This document shows positions 1-9,969 of a stretch of 64,000 nucleotides of DNA, piece after piece (position 1 is the first letter of the stretch; each line of letters starts with the position of its first letter). Position numbers and translations under genes: made by a program. Source of the stretch: Phycisphaerae bacterium (GTDB taxonomy: Bacteria > Planctomycetota > Phycisphaerae > UBA1845); assembly GCA_963666835.2 (NCBI GenBank), contig CAXXGO010000001.1, forward strand, positions 288,001-352,000, in the 5' to 3' direction. Below the pieces are notes generated by a model. The model searched no databases. It was not told the origin of the DNA and was given only the letters and a program-made list of their open reading frames with translations.

Positions 1-183
1 GGGCAACAGGTGTTAGCGGTGCGTTTCGTGGAGACCACCGATTTCATGACGGCCGACTGGGTCCATGTCGACTATGACGTTCTCGGCCGGATCGCCACCC
101 GCATCAACAACGAAGTCTCCGGAATCAACCGGGTGGTCTACGACGTCTCCTCGAAACCTCCTGCTACGATCGAGTGGGAGTAA
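1..183 (+). CDS. guaA: GMP synthase, C-terminal end (partial)
   Basis: Frame 1 reads ...TTDFMTADW...[19 protein letters not shown], the diagnostic GuaA C-terminus; not in the ORF track. Confidence 0.97.
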   Translation, partial: GQQVLAVRFVETTDFMTADWVHVDYDVLGRIATRINNEVSGINRVVYDVSSKPPATIEWE

Positions 184-479
184 CCTTGTTGCCAGTGGAA
201 CTCGCTGAGGCTCGACGCCTCGGCCTTGACCCATTTCGAGGAGTCGCGTTTCAGGTCGCGGATCACACCCACGACATCACTGGTCTTTCCGAGTCTGTAC
301 AGAATGTGAACATGATCCTCTGTGCCGCCCACGGTCAATGCCGGCCAAGCCAGGTTCCGGCAGATTCCCGCAAGATATCGATGAGTACGCCGGTAGAACT
401 CGTTGTTCGCCAAGAAGGCCTTGCGGTGATTTGTCGAGAATACGATGTGGATGTAGATCTGAACTAACGATTGTGGCAT
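181..479 (-). pseudogene. tnpA: IS200/RAYT-type HUH (Y1) transposase, 3'-truncated
   Basis: MPQSL..IYIHIVFST, GGTEDHVHIL (HUH), LKRDSSKW, FHWQQGY, then homology stops at the guaA stop codon; the catalytic Tyr helix is missing. Confidence 0.85.
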
Positions 480-489
480 AATTCAGCCG

Positions 490-905
490 TGTAAAGCCCC
501 TTCGGGGTTTGTGGCATTCGGGTGGACGCCAACCCAGGGTGCGCTGCGCGACCCTGGGCTTTGCTGTTCAGCCCCTTTGGGGCAGGCAGAATGAAGCTCT
601 CTCACACATCGCAACGCTGCGATCCACCGCTTGGCTCTCCGGGGGAGATCGCGTTGGTATTCCTTTCCGACCGACCACCGTTCTACCCTTTAGAAAACGC
701 AGGGCCAACCGTTTGCCCGTTTCAGTATTCCGGTCCGCCGTTCAGTTGAACCACCGGCGAAACCAACGCCGCAGGCGTTATACAACAAAGCCCAGGGTAA
801 GCGCAGCGGCGCAGCCGCGAAGCGCCACCCTGGGTGTCCGGTCGATCAAGCTCATCGAACCCTGACAGGGTTCTACAGACCGACCCCGTGGGGTTGCGTC
901 ACGGT
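490..905. repeat. REP-like palindromes (CCCAGGGT..ACCCTGGG family) next to the tnpA remnant
   Basis: Hairpins at about 533-558 and 790-833; same motif recurs near 20277, 23454 and 43985. Confidence 0.75.
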
Positions 906-941
906 GCCGACATTCCGACCCTCAAACGTCGTCCGAAATCC

Positions 942-3900
942 TTACCTGCTCGATTCCGCCGAAAGCTGCGCCCGGAACTCGGCGGCTTTCTCGGGATTCC
1001 CCCAGGCGTCATAGAGTCGAACCAGCAGTTCGATTGCCTTCTGAGTGTGGGTATCGTCGGATCCGTGGGCGGCGATGATGTGCGTGTGCAATTCGTCGGC
1101 GAGCTGCTCGGCTTCCTCGAACTTCTTAAGGTCAATAAGGGTCATCGCTAGCTCATACGACGATGCCAGAGTCAGGTCATCGTTGGGTCCCAGAGACTGT
1201 TGCTGCATGGACAACGTCTCTTCGAGCAGAGACCGGGCCTCATCAAGCCGGCCCAGTTTCCGGTAGGTCGTGCCCAGTTCGTACATCGAGTCGAGCGTAT
1301 AGACGTGTTGTTCCCCCAGCGCCCGGCGGCGGCCGGCGAGGGCCTCGGCGAATAGCGATGCGGCCTTTTCGAGGCGGTTCGCCGAAAAGTGGAGGTCGGC
1401 CAGCGTACTGATGCTGGTGAGGGTGTCCGGATGTTCATCGCCCAGGGTGCGGCGACGGACGTTCGTCACCTCGGTCAGGAGGCGCTCCGCGTCGTCGAAG
1501 CGGCGTTGCTCTGTATAGAGGGCGCCCAAGTTGTTCATGAATACCAAGGCAAGATCGTGCTCATCGCCCAGGGTACGTCGCGCACCCGCGCAAGCGGCAA
1601 CGAACAAGGGCTCCGCCTTGTCGGGTTCGCCCTTGGCTCGATAGAGCTTGCCCAGGCCATTCATGGCGTTCAACGTGGTCTGGTGCTCTTCGCCCAGGGT
1701 TTGTCGGCTGATATCCAGAGCCTGAATGTATAATGACTCGGCCTCGTCGTAGCGCTCCCTATTGCGGTAGAGCACGGCCAGGCTAATCATGGTATTAAGT
1801 GTGCGCCGGTGCGTTTCGCCGAATACGCGGCGGTGGGCCTTGAGGGCTTCGATGTAGAGCGGCTCGGCCTCTTCATACCGGCCCTGCCTCCTGTACAGCA
1901 CGGCCAGGTTGTTGATGATGCTCAGCGTATCGGGGTGGTCCTTACCGAGAACGTTCCGTGCGAGCGGCAGTGCTTCGAGGTTCATCGACTCGGCTTGGTC
2001 ATAGCGCCCCTGCCTTTTGTAGAGAAGGCCCATGGTGATCATGGTGGAGATCGTGGCGGGATTCTCGTCGCCCAGAACTCGGCGCTGAAGTTCAAGACAC
2101 TTCGTGTTGAGCGACTCGGCTTCGTCCAGTCGGCCCTGTGCGGAGTATATGAAAGCGAGGTGCCCCAAGGCCTGCAGGGTCCGCGGGTGTTCTTCCCCAA
2201 GCACCTGCCGGCGAAGTTCAAGGACCCGTACGAAGAGCGGTTCTGCCAGGTCATACCGCGAATTGCGCGCGTGCAAATACGCGAGGCGAGTCATGGCCGT
2301 GAGCGTTTGCGGATGTTCCTCGCCCAGCACCCGGCGGTTCGCTTCCAGAGCCTCCGTACTCCAAGTGACGGCTTTTTCGTATTCTCCGAGGTCGTCAAAC
2401 ATGCCCGCCAGACAGCTCAGAGTGACCAGGGTTGCCGGGTGCTCTTCTCCCAGGACCCGGCGGCGGGATTCCAGGCATGTTGTGAACAGCGGTTCGGCCT
2501 CTTCGAACCGTCCGCGCTCCGCGTAGAAGCTGGCGAGGTTCTGCATGGCCGTGAGGGTCTTGGGGTGGTCGGCTCCCAAGGTGCGCCGCCGGGCATCGAG
2601 CATCTCGATGGCCAGTTCCTCGGCGTCCTCGAATCGGCCTTGATCGCCGTACAGGGTAATGAGAGAGGTCAACATATCCAGAGTCTGCGGGTGGTCCGCG
2701 CCCCAGACTCTGCGATGGGTTTCCAGGCACTTGGTGAGTAAGGCCTCCGCCTCGTCATAGCGTCCTTGAATCTGATACACCACCGCGAGGTTGTTCATCG
2801 CCACAAGCGTTCTGAGGTTCTCTTCACCCAGGACCCGGCGCCGGCCCTCCAGAGTCTTGATATCGAGCTGCTCTGCCTCTTCGATCATGCCCAGTCTGGA
2901 GTACAGCAGTCCGAGATAGCCTGCGGCGTCGAGGGTCTCCGGATGATCTTCGCCTAACTCCGCTTGAATGAGACGCAGCCCCTCCTCCAATAGCGGTCTG
3001 GCCGGCTCGTGTTCGCCCAGATTGGAATAAGTTGCGCCCAAGGTCACGCGGATGGCAGCTTCCACTGCAGGCGCGTCGGGGAATCTCCCGTCAAGAGCTC
3101 CGGCGGCCTCATCCAAGGCCTCGCGAACGGTGACGTCGCGACCGAGGTCATAGGGATCCGCCGCGGCGAGCAGATCCTCATTCAGGAAGTCGACCGTTGC
3201 TCGGGAGATCGCCGCCTGACGCTCGGCTTCGGCGCGTTGGGTCTCGGCAATCCGTCTGGCCTCCCGGGCGAGATCCCGCTCGTGCGCAATACGCACGGCC
3301 TGCACGGAGATTCCGACGACTCCGACCAGCAAGGCTAAGAGCGTTGCCACGACCCCGCCGACCAGAGCTTTGTTTCGCCGAGCGAACTTGCGAAGCTGGT
3401 AAACCGTCGAGGCGCGCCTGGCCGCAATCGGTTCGTCGGCCAGGTATCGCCGGATGTCATCCGCCAGTTCCGAAGCCGACTGGTAACGCCGGTTCTTGTC
3501 TTTTTCGAGAGCCTTAGAGACGATTGTGTCGACATCGCCGCGGTAGATCTTGTCGACGACGGTGAGCGCGGTGGGATCCTGGTCGGTGATTATCCGGGCC
3601 GCCTGAGGAATGGGCACGTGGGTGACATCGTGGGGCAGGCGGTCGGCCAGCAGCTCGTAGCAGATCACACCCAGGGCGTAGATGTCCGTTCGGGTATCGA
3701 TGTTCGCGGAGATGCCGCTGAACTGCTCCGGGCTCATGTAAGGAACGGTTCCGAGCAGTTGCCCGACCTCCGTCTGCATGGTGACGGTTTGCATATCGGC
3801 GTCGGTCGCGCGGGCGACGCCGAAGTCGAGGACCTTGATCCGGCCGTCTTCGGTAACCAGGATGTTGCCGGGCTTAAGGTCGCGATGAACCACGCCTTTG

Positions 3901-4532
3901 AGGTGTGCATGGTGTACCGCGTCGCAGATGTCCGCAATCAAAGCGAACTGTTCGCGGAAGCCCAGCTTTCGATGCTTGACGTAATCGCGGATTCCTTCTC
4001 CTTGAACGTACTCCATCGCGAAATAGGGGCACCGGGCGGTTAATCCATCTTTGGTCCGCATGTCCGCGATGCCGGCATCGTAGATACGAGCGATACCGGG
4101 ATGGTCGAGCTGTCCTAAGATGCTCGCTTCGTGCTCGAAGCGTCGCAGCATTGCCCGGGAGGCCTCTCCGAACCGGACGACCTTGAGGGCGACCTTTCGC
4201 CGGGGGTGCTCCTGTTCTGCCAGGTACACCACCCCCATTCCTCCGTCGCCCAAGGTGCCGAGGATTGAGTACCGTCCGATCCGCTCCGGAACCGGGCTCG
4301 CGTCGGTGCTCTGGAAGACCCTCTCGATTTCAGAGCGCAGGCCGGCGAATTGAGAAGGCGCCTCGAGCAGGTTCTTTGCCTCTCCGGCTTGGTTGAGCAG
4401 AGCCTCTACTTCTTTGCGAATCGCCGGGTCGTTCGGGCAGGCTTGATCGAGATATTCGGATCGCCCGGCCACGTTCAGCTCGCGTGCAGCCAGGAACAGT
4501 TCGCGAACGCGTTCGAAATCCTCGGGGGTCAC
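942..4532 (-). CDS. Hanks-type Ser/Thr protein kinase with TM helix and long TPR array
   Basis: VALKV, HRDLKPGN, DFG, YMSPEQ motifs; TM segment; roughly 16 repeats of 42 aa (LGEEHP.TL); GTG start overlaps the sigma stop (GTGA). Confidence 0.93.
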   Translation of the reverse strand: MTPEDFERVRELFLAARELNVAGRSEYLDQACPNDPAIRKEVEALLNQAGEAKNLLEAPSQFAGLRSEIERVFQSTDASPVPERIGRYSILGTLGDGGMGVVYLAEQEHPRRKVALKVVRFGEASRAMLRRFEHEASILGQLDHPGIARIYDAGIADMRTKDGLTARCPYFAMEYVQGEGIRDYVKHRKLGFREQFALIADICDAVHHAHLKGVVHRDLKPGNILVTEDGRIKVLDFGVARATDADMQTVTMQTEVGQLLGTVPYMSPEQFSGISANIDTRTDIYALGVICYELLADRLPHDVTHVPIPQAARIITDQDPTALTVVDKIYRGDVDTIVSKALEKDKNRRYQSASELADDIRRYLADEPIAARRASTVYQLRKFARRNKALVGGVVATLLALLVGVVGISVQAVRIAHERDLAREARRIAETQRAEAERQAAISRATVDFLNEDLLAAADPYDLGRDVTVREALDEAAGALDGRFPDAPAVEAAIRVTLGATYSNLGEHEPARPLLEEGLRLIQAELGEDHPETLDAAGYLGLLYSRLGMIEEAEQLDIKTLEGRRRVLGEENLRTLVAMNNLAVVYQIQGRYDEAEALLTKCLETHRRVWGADHPQTLDMLTSLITLYGDQGRFEDAEELAIEMLDARRRTLGADHPKTLTAMQNLASFYAERGRFEEAEPLFTTCLESRRRVLGEEHPATLVTLSCLAGMFDDLGEYEKAVTWSTEALEANRRVLGEEHPQTLTAMTRLAYLHARNSRYDLAEPLFVRVLELRRQVLGEEHPRTLQALGHLAFIYSAQGRLDEAESLNTKCLELQRRVLGDENPATISTMITMGLLYKRQGRYDQAESMNLEALPLARNVLGKDHPDTLSIINNLAVLYRRQGRYEEAEPLYIEALKAHRRVFGETHRRTLNTMISLAVLYRNRERYDEAESLYIQALDISRQTLGEEHQTTLNAMNGLGKLYRAKGEPDKAEPLFVAACAGARRTLGDEHDLALVFMNNLGALYTEQRRFDDAERLLTEVTNVRRRTLGDEHPDTLTSISTLADLHFSANRLEKAASLFAEALAGRRRALGEQHVYTLDSMYELGTTYRKLGRLDEARSLLEETLSMQQQSLGPNDDLTLASSYELAMTLIDLKKFEEAEQLADELHTHIIAAHGSDDTHTQKAIELLVRLYDAWGNPEKAAEFRAQLSAESSR

Positions 4533-5107
4533 GGTGAGTCGACCTCGCTCAATTCCCGTGACAGCCACGCCCGGGCCGTCTCCCAGTCCCCCTCGACGGT
4601 TCGTTTCGACACATCCAGCACGTGGGCTACCTCAGCCACAGTCAGGCCGCCGAAGAAGCGCAGCTCGACGACCCGGCCCATGCGTTCGCTGAGGTTGGAG
4701 AGTCGGCTCAAGGCCTCATCCAGCACCAGCAGGTCGATATCGTGCCTTGGGGCCGGGGTCAGCTCTTCGTTGAGGGTCAGTTTGTGGCGATCTCCGCCGC
4801 GCTTGGCGGCGCCACGGCGTTCGGCGTGGTTGATCAGGATCTGTCGCATGGCCTTGGCCGCGACGGCGAAGAAGTGAGCTCGGCTCTTCCATTTCTCATC
4901 CGACTGATCTACCAGGCGCAGGTAGGCCTCATGGACCAGCGCAGTGGGCTGGAGTGTGTGGTTGCGAGGCTGGCGTCTGAAGAAACTGTCGGCTACGGCG
5001 TGGAGTTGGTCGTAGACGAGGGGCAGCAGTTTTGCGGCGGCGGAACGGTCTCCACTCTCGAGGTCCGCGAGTATCCGCGTTGTCTCTGCGCGCGGTGACG
5101 ACGCCAC
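4529..5107 (-). CDS. ECF sigma factor (TIGR02999 type, kinase-associated)
   Basis: LLPLVYDQL, HTLQPTALVHEAYLRL, AMRQILI, VELRFFGGL; RBS GAGGGG before GTG at 5107. Confidence 0.92.
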   Translation of the reverse strand: MASSPRAETTRILADLESGDRSAAAKLLPLVYDQLHAVADSFFRRQPRNHTLQPTALVHEAYLRLVDQSDEKWKSRAHFFAVAAKAMRQILINHAERRGAAKRGGDRHKLTLNEELTPAPRHDIDLLVLDEALSRLSNLSERMGRVVELRFFGGLTVAEVAHVLDVSKRTVEGDWETARAWLSRELSEVDSP

Positions 5108-5403
5108 GACATGCCCCCTCAAACAAGACTGGTCACAATCTCATTGTACCGCACTTGCGATCCGAACCCAAGCGCCGACTCGTTTTGTGCGACGGATGGG
5201 CGGGTCTACCTCGCCGTCCGGTAATCTCAGGGTCTTCCCGCTTGTCGACACCGCTGCGGATGATGCCAATCGGGCGCGCAGCAACCTCGTGCACCTGGCC
5301 ATCGAAGACAACAGTGTCAATCGACCGACCATCACCTTCGTGCGGCACCAGTCCCACAGCTTGATGCGTCTGGTCACTGTCTCTCGCGGAAGATGATGGA
5401 GAG

Positions 5404-5600
5404 CACGTGACTGGCCGTGGAACGGACAGCGCGCCATTGAACGAAATCAGATGGCGATTCACACCATGGCGATACCGCTGCCCATCCGCGCAGCAAACAC
5501 CCGCCCCCTGCAACATCTTGTCCTCCAAGAGACGGATTCCGGGCACCGTGCTCCGCAGATTCAACGCCTATTACTCAACCTCGGCGAAGTAATCCCCGGA
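5404..5600 (-). pseudogene. Degenerate catalase fragment
   Basis: DYFAEVE**ALNLRSTVPGIRLLEDKMLQG..ADGQRYRHGVNRHLI/RCPFH aligns with katA residues encoded at about 8225-8425; two stops and a frameshift. Confidence 0.85.
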
Positions 5601-5697
5601 AATTCTACTTCGTATTGCTCCTTGGCTTTAGACTCCTATGCGTGCTCTGGCCTCGTCCCAATAATAGCACATCCGAGAACCTGGGGGTTATGCGGCA

Positions 5698-6195
5698 TCA
5701 GCCGGTCTTGACCATCATGCCGATGTCCTCCTCGAGAGCTTCCAGATCTTCTTCGTGTTCGACCTCGTCCTGGAGGATTTCAAGAGCCATGTTGTAGGTT
5801 ACGGGGTCTGCGTCTTTTGTGATTCCCATCATTTTCTGGTAAACGCTGATGGCGCACTGTTCACCCTTGATATTCTGTTTCAGCAACGCCGTCACGTTGG
5901 GGTCGTCCGGGGCATCATATCCGCAATTCGTCGCCTCATACCACTTCTCCGGTGTGCTGACGGGCGTCCCGCCTAATTGAAGAATACGATTAGCAATCAT
6001 ATCGGCGTGGCGAAGCTCATCCGCAGCATGTTCCAGCAACTCCGCGGTAATCGCCTCTTTCATCGGACCTTTAGCAACTTTTGCCCCGAGCCAGTACTGG
6101 TAGTATGCAAGCCATTCATCTGCAAATGCTCTGTTTAGGAGATTGATCACCTCCTGCACATCCATACCTACGATTGCTCGACCTTTCGTACCCAT
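5698..6195 (-). CDS. Dps-like (DpsL) ferritin-family protein
   Basis: ADEWLAYYQYW, DELRHA, NCGY, GEQCAI, DEVEHE di-iron motifs; RBS GAAGGAGG. Confidence 0.9.
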   Translation of the reverse strand: MGTKGRAIVGMDVQEVINLLNRAFADEWLAYYQYWLGAKVAKGPMKEAITAELLEHAADELRHADMIANRILQLGGTPVSTPEKWYEATNCGYDAPDDPNVTALLKQNIKGEQCAISVYQKMMGITKDADPVTYNMALEILQDEVEHEEDLEALEEDIGMMVKTG

Positions 6196-6343
6196 TTCGT
6201 TTCCTCCTTCTGAATAGCACGACAATTACATGACTAATCCGTAGAGTCCATCACGAGAACTCAGCCTCGACTGCCACTAAGTTGGCATTCTGCCCATGAA
6301 TCCCCCCAAATACCCAGACGAGTGCCGTTTCTCCCGTCCCTTC

Positions 6344-7057
6344 TCAGGATGCAGGGGCAGGCTTCCAGGTTTTCCAAACTTGGCCGACCAAGCCGGGGTC
6401 CGGCTTCAGCGTGGTACACCCTGGGGTCCAACCGGCCGGGGTTGCCTCACCCGTTTCGCGAACACACTTGAACGCTTCCACCTGTCGCAGCAACTCCGCC
6501 ACGCTACGCCCCACCGGTGGAGTCAGAATCTCCATCGCCTGAATAATGCCGTCCGGATCAATCAAGAACCGGCCCCTGATATCAACACCGGCGTTTTCAT
6601 CATAGATACCATAGACCTTACCAATCTGTCCGCCCGGATCGGAGAGCATCGGGAACGGAACCCCGCCGGGGACCATTTTGGATAGCTCTTGTTCTTGCCA
6701 AATCTTGTGTGTGAAACGACTGTCCGTACTGACGGAAAGAACTTGAACGTCGAGCTTCTTGAATTCCTCATGCCTGACGGCAACTGCCGCCAGTTCTGTT
6801 GGTCACACGAATGTGAAATCACCGGGATAGAAGCACAGTATCACCCAATGCCCCTTGTAATCAGATAGTCTGATGTTCTTGAAGACCCCATCGAGATAAG
6901 CCGCCGCCTCGAAGTCCGGCGCAGAGTTGCCCACACGTGCGGTCATTTGAAGCTTCTCCTTGTCCGCTGTTGGCCGACCACCGGAGGCCTCGTCGGTTTC
7001 AGGGCGGCCAAGTACTCCCTTCGCCGACTGCACACACCCTTCCTGTCGTTCACTCAT
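6344..7057 (-). CDS. prxU: Selenocysteine-containing peroxiredoxin (PrxU-like)
   Basis: ORFs 6803..7072 and 6344..6676 share one frame: [23 protein letters not shown] sits at the peroxidatic Cys position; SECIS-like hairpin downstream. Confidence 0.9.
6774..6793 (-). promoter_or_regulatory. Putative bacterial SECIS element
   Basis: CUGGCGGC-AGUU-GCCGUCAG, an 8-bp stem separated by 9 nt from the in-frame UGA (6805-6803). Confidence 0.7.
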
Positions 7058-7100
7058 AATAACAGCCCTCATACATTGGATTGACCGATCCGTCTATTCA

Positions 7101-7293
7101 CTATGAACACCGCAGGAACGCAACGAGATCCCGCGTCTGTTGCTTCGCAAGTAGGATCCCGGCGACCAGGCTGAAGAACTCGATGAGGTCTTCCGGCAAC
7201 GCGCTTGTCCGGGATTCCAGTACCCACCGACACGGCAATCGCCACAGCCGGCGACACCATACCGGTACTACATCTGCGTATTGTGTTCCTCCT
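7101..7293 (-). pseudogene. Collapsed relic resembling a cytochrome c peroxidase-like gene
   Basis: AGGAGG, 6 nt, then ATA instead of ATG and a signal-like peptide; a second frame gives LPEDLIEFFSLVAGILLAKQQTRDLVAFLRCS*, like a CCP-family C-terminal helix. Confidence 0.4.
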
Positions 7294-7316
7294 GACTATT
7301 GGCTCCCTTTTCTAGG

Positions 7317-7650
7317 TGACGGCGTCCTTGTTCTAGCTGTCTTGCCTGGGCTCCACGCTACGTTCGCATGTTTAGTACCCCTGCCGAGCAGAGGCGCCAA
7401 CCGTAAGCACATGGCGCTGGCATGAATTACTGCTACTTCCCCGCACCCATGCCTGACATGCTGTGCATGCTAAAGCTCTCCTGTCATCCCCTAGAAAGGG
7501 GTCGGGAGTCTTTTGTTGCGTGCGGTCTTATCATACGACCACGCAATCTCAGAGTCGGCGTCGATCGCGAGTCTTTCCATGCCGCTTCAGGATCCGGTCG
7601 ATCAAACCCACATATAACCGTTCGGCGCGGTTTCAGCATGAGCACATGCT
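7317..7650. repeat. Diverged duplicated segment, copy A (copy B at about 10566-10912)
   Basis: Colinear blocks GTCTTGCC, GCTACGT, TAGTACCCC, GCGCCAACCG, TGCTGTG, GGTCT.ATCAT.CGACCA, CAGGATCCG. Confidence 0.8.
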
Positions 7651-7864
7651 ACTTACAATCGACGGATCGTAGCATAAAGACTCCCGGCCCGTTGTTTGTC
7701 GTCGGATTACCGGGTGCTCATCGATGAGCTCGTCGACGTCAGTAGGGGGAAGGCGGGTGCTGGAGACCGCCCAGTCGTCCAGCACCCCATGTCCTTCGCA
7801 CCACGCTTGCGTTTAAGGGTTACGTTCAGCCATATGCACTACCCACTACCCCGGCGGCGCACGC

Positions 7865-9325
7865 CTACTCCGGCAGTTCGCGCTCGGGAATGCCCAGCGC
7901 ATTCGCCACGCCCTTCCCGTATGCCGGATCGGCCTTCAGGCAATTGCCGACGTGGCGGATCTTCACTTCATCAGGCGCATCGCCCAGGGCCCGGGCGGTG
8001 TTTTCGAATAGCACTTTCTGCTGCGCGGGACTCATCATTTTGAACAGAGCTCGAGGCTGGGAATAGTAATCGTCATCGTCCTCGCGATGGCTCCATTGGG
8101 TGGCGGCGCCCTCCAAGCCCAACGGCGGCTCGCGGAAATCCGGTTGCTCCTGCCACTGACCGTAACTGTTGGGTTCGTAACCGAGCGTACTGCCATGATT
8201 GCCGTCCACCCGCATCGCGCCGTCGCGGTGGTAACTGTGGAACGGACAGCGAGGTTTATTCACCGGGATCAGATGGTGATTCACGCCAAGGCGATACCGC
8301 TGTGCGTCTGCGTATGAGAAAAGACGCCCCTGCAGCATCTTGTCGGGTGAAAAACCTATACCGGGCACCACACTGGCCGGGTTGAACGCAGATTGCTCAA
8401 CCTCCGCGAAGTAGTTCTCGGGGTTCTTGTTCAACTCGAGAACGCCGACGTCGATCAGCGGATAGTCCTTATGCGGCCAGACCTTGGTTAGATCGAACGG
8501 GTTGACCGGATATTTCGCGGCATCTTGCTCCGTCATCACCTGGATCTTCATGTTCCACTTGGGAAAATCGCCGTCCTCGATACTGCCATACAGATCACGT
8601 TGGTTGCTTTCCCGGCATTTTCCGACGATGGCCTCTGCTTCCTGGTCGGTCAGGTTCTTGATCCCTTGCTGCGTCTTTAGGTGGAACTTTACCCAGACTC
8701 GCTCGTTCTTTACGCTAATCAGACTGAACGTATGGCTGCCGTACCCGTTCATATGGCGGTAAGAGAACGGGATCCCGCGGTCACTCATCGTGATCGTGAC
8801 CTGGTGCAGAGCTTCCGGCAGGTTGGTCCAGAAGTCCCAGTTGTTGCGGGCGCTGCGCAGGTTGGTGCGCGGATCTCGCTTCACCGCGTGGTTGAGATCG
8901 GGAAACTTCAGCGGATCGCGCAGGAAGAACACCGGCGTGTTGTTGCCCACCAGATCCCAGTTACCCTCTTCGGTATAGAACTTGATCGCGAAGCCTCGAA
9001 TGTCTCGCTCGGCATCGGCCGCCCCACGCTCACCGGCCACGGTAGAGAAGCGGACGAAGACGTCGGTCTTCTTACCGATCTCGGAGAAGATCTTGGCCTT
9101 GGTGTACTTGGTAATGTCGTGGGTAACCGTGAATGTCCCGTACGCTCCCGAGCCTTTGGCGTGCATCCGCCGCTCGGGGATCACTTCCCTGTCGAAGTGG
9201 GCCAGCTTCTCGAGAAACCAGACATCCTGTAGTAGTTGCGGGCCGCGCGGCCCGGCGGTCATTACGTTCTGGTTGTCGGGGACGGGGGCCCCGGCGTTGT
9301 TAGTGAGCTTCTTTGAGTCACTCAT
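7865..9325 (-). CDS. katA: Monofunctional heme catalase
   Basis: [44 protein letters not shown]. Confidence 0.97.
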   Translation of the reverse strand: MSDSKKLTNNAGAPVPDNQNVMTAGPRGPQLLQDVWFLEKLAHFDREVIPERRMHAKGSGAYGTFTVTHDITKYTKAKIFSEIGKKTDVFVRFSTVAGERGAADAERDIRGFAIKFYTEEGNWDLVGNNTPVFFLRDPLKFPDLNHAVKRDPRTNLRSARNNWDFWTNLPEALHQVTITMSDRGIPFSYRHMNGYGSHTFSLISVKNERVWVKFHLKTQQGIKNLTDQEAEAIVGKCRESNQRDLYGSIEDGDFPKWNMKIQVMTEQDAAKYPVNPFDLTKVWPHKDYPLIDVGVLELNKNPENYFAEVEQSAFNPASVVPGIGFSPDKMLQGRLFSYADAQRYRLGVNHHLIPVNKPRCPFHSYHRDGAMRVDGNHGSTLGYEPNSYGQWQEQPDFREPPLGLEGAATQWSHREDDDDYYSQPRALFKMMSPAQQKVLFENTARALGDAPDEVKIRHVGNCLKADPAYGKGVANALGIPERELPE

Positions 9326-9367
9326 GTCTGTTACTCCTGGGGGTTATCTAAGTTCCTCTGTCCGTCG

Positions 9368-9856
9368 TCAGGCAGGCTGCCCCTCTTGCGGGCGGGCTGT
9401 CCCAAACGACTGGAGCGCCATGTAGCTAAGGCCGAACCTCTTGATGTTGTGCAGTTGCTTGTCAAACTCGTCGAAGTGGCTTTCCTCTTCATTCATCAGG
9501 GGCTCGAATACGTGTTTGGAAGCGGCGTCGGCGTTCGCACTGCATTCCAAGGCGAACTTGTTATATTTCTTCACAGGTCCACGCTCCAGCGCTGCCGCCT
9601 TGGTGAGGATTGCCTCGGGCTCGGTCTCCACTCTACCGGCTGGAACCATCTGAACGTCGCCCTTCAGAAACAGGATTCTCTCCGAAAGTGTTTCAATATG
9701 TGTCATCTCCATAACGGCGATTCGTTTAAACGGGGCGCTGAGCGGCCCGAAGCCCTGATCGTCCAAATGGAAATGCCAGTGCATGTACTGATGCACCGCC
9801 TGCAGTTCATCGGCAACTGCATTATTCAGCAGGTCTACGCTTTTCTGAGCATCCAT
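9368..9856 (-). CDS. bfr: Bacterioferritin
   Basis: ADELQAVHQY, EMTH, ERILFLKG, EEESH; RBS GAGGAG. Confidence 0.88.
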   Translation of the reverse strand: MDAQKSVDLLNNAVADELQAVHQYMHWHFHLDDQGFGPLSAPFKRIAVMEMTHIETLSERILFLKGDVQMVPAGRVETEPEAILTKAAALERGPVKKYNKFALECSANADAASKHVFEPLMNEEESHFDEFDKQLHNIKRFGLSYMALQSFGTARPQEGQPA

Positions 9857-9969
9857 GATCATCTCCTCTGTGCCGGTCAGGGCTGTTCCACTAACCGGCA
9901 ATCCAACCCGCGCCGGCGAAAGGGTTACCGTGACCATCTTGCCGGATTGAGGTGTTCATACTCCATCTC

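Noticed and set aside
5133..5564. 143-aa hypothetical CDS
   Set aside because: Its first third is the decayed catalase fragment; the remainder has no recognisable support
6344..7072. Peroxiredoxin pseudogene or two small genes
   Set aside because: Single in-frame UGA at the catalytic position plus a hairpin favours selenocysteine
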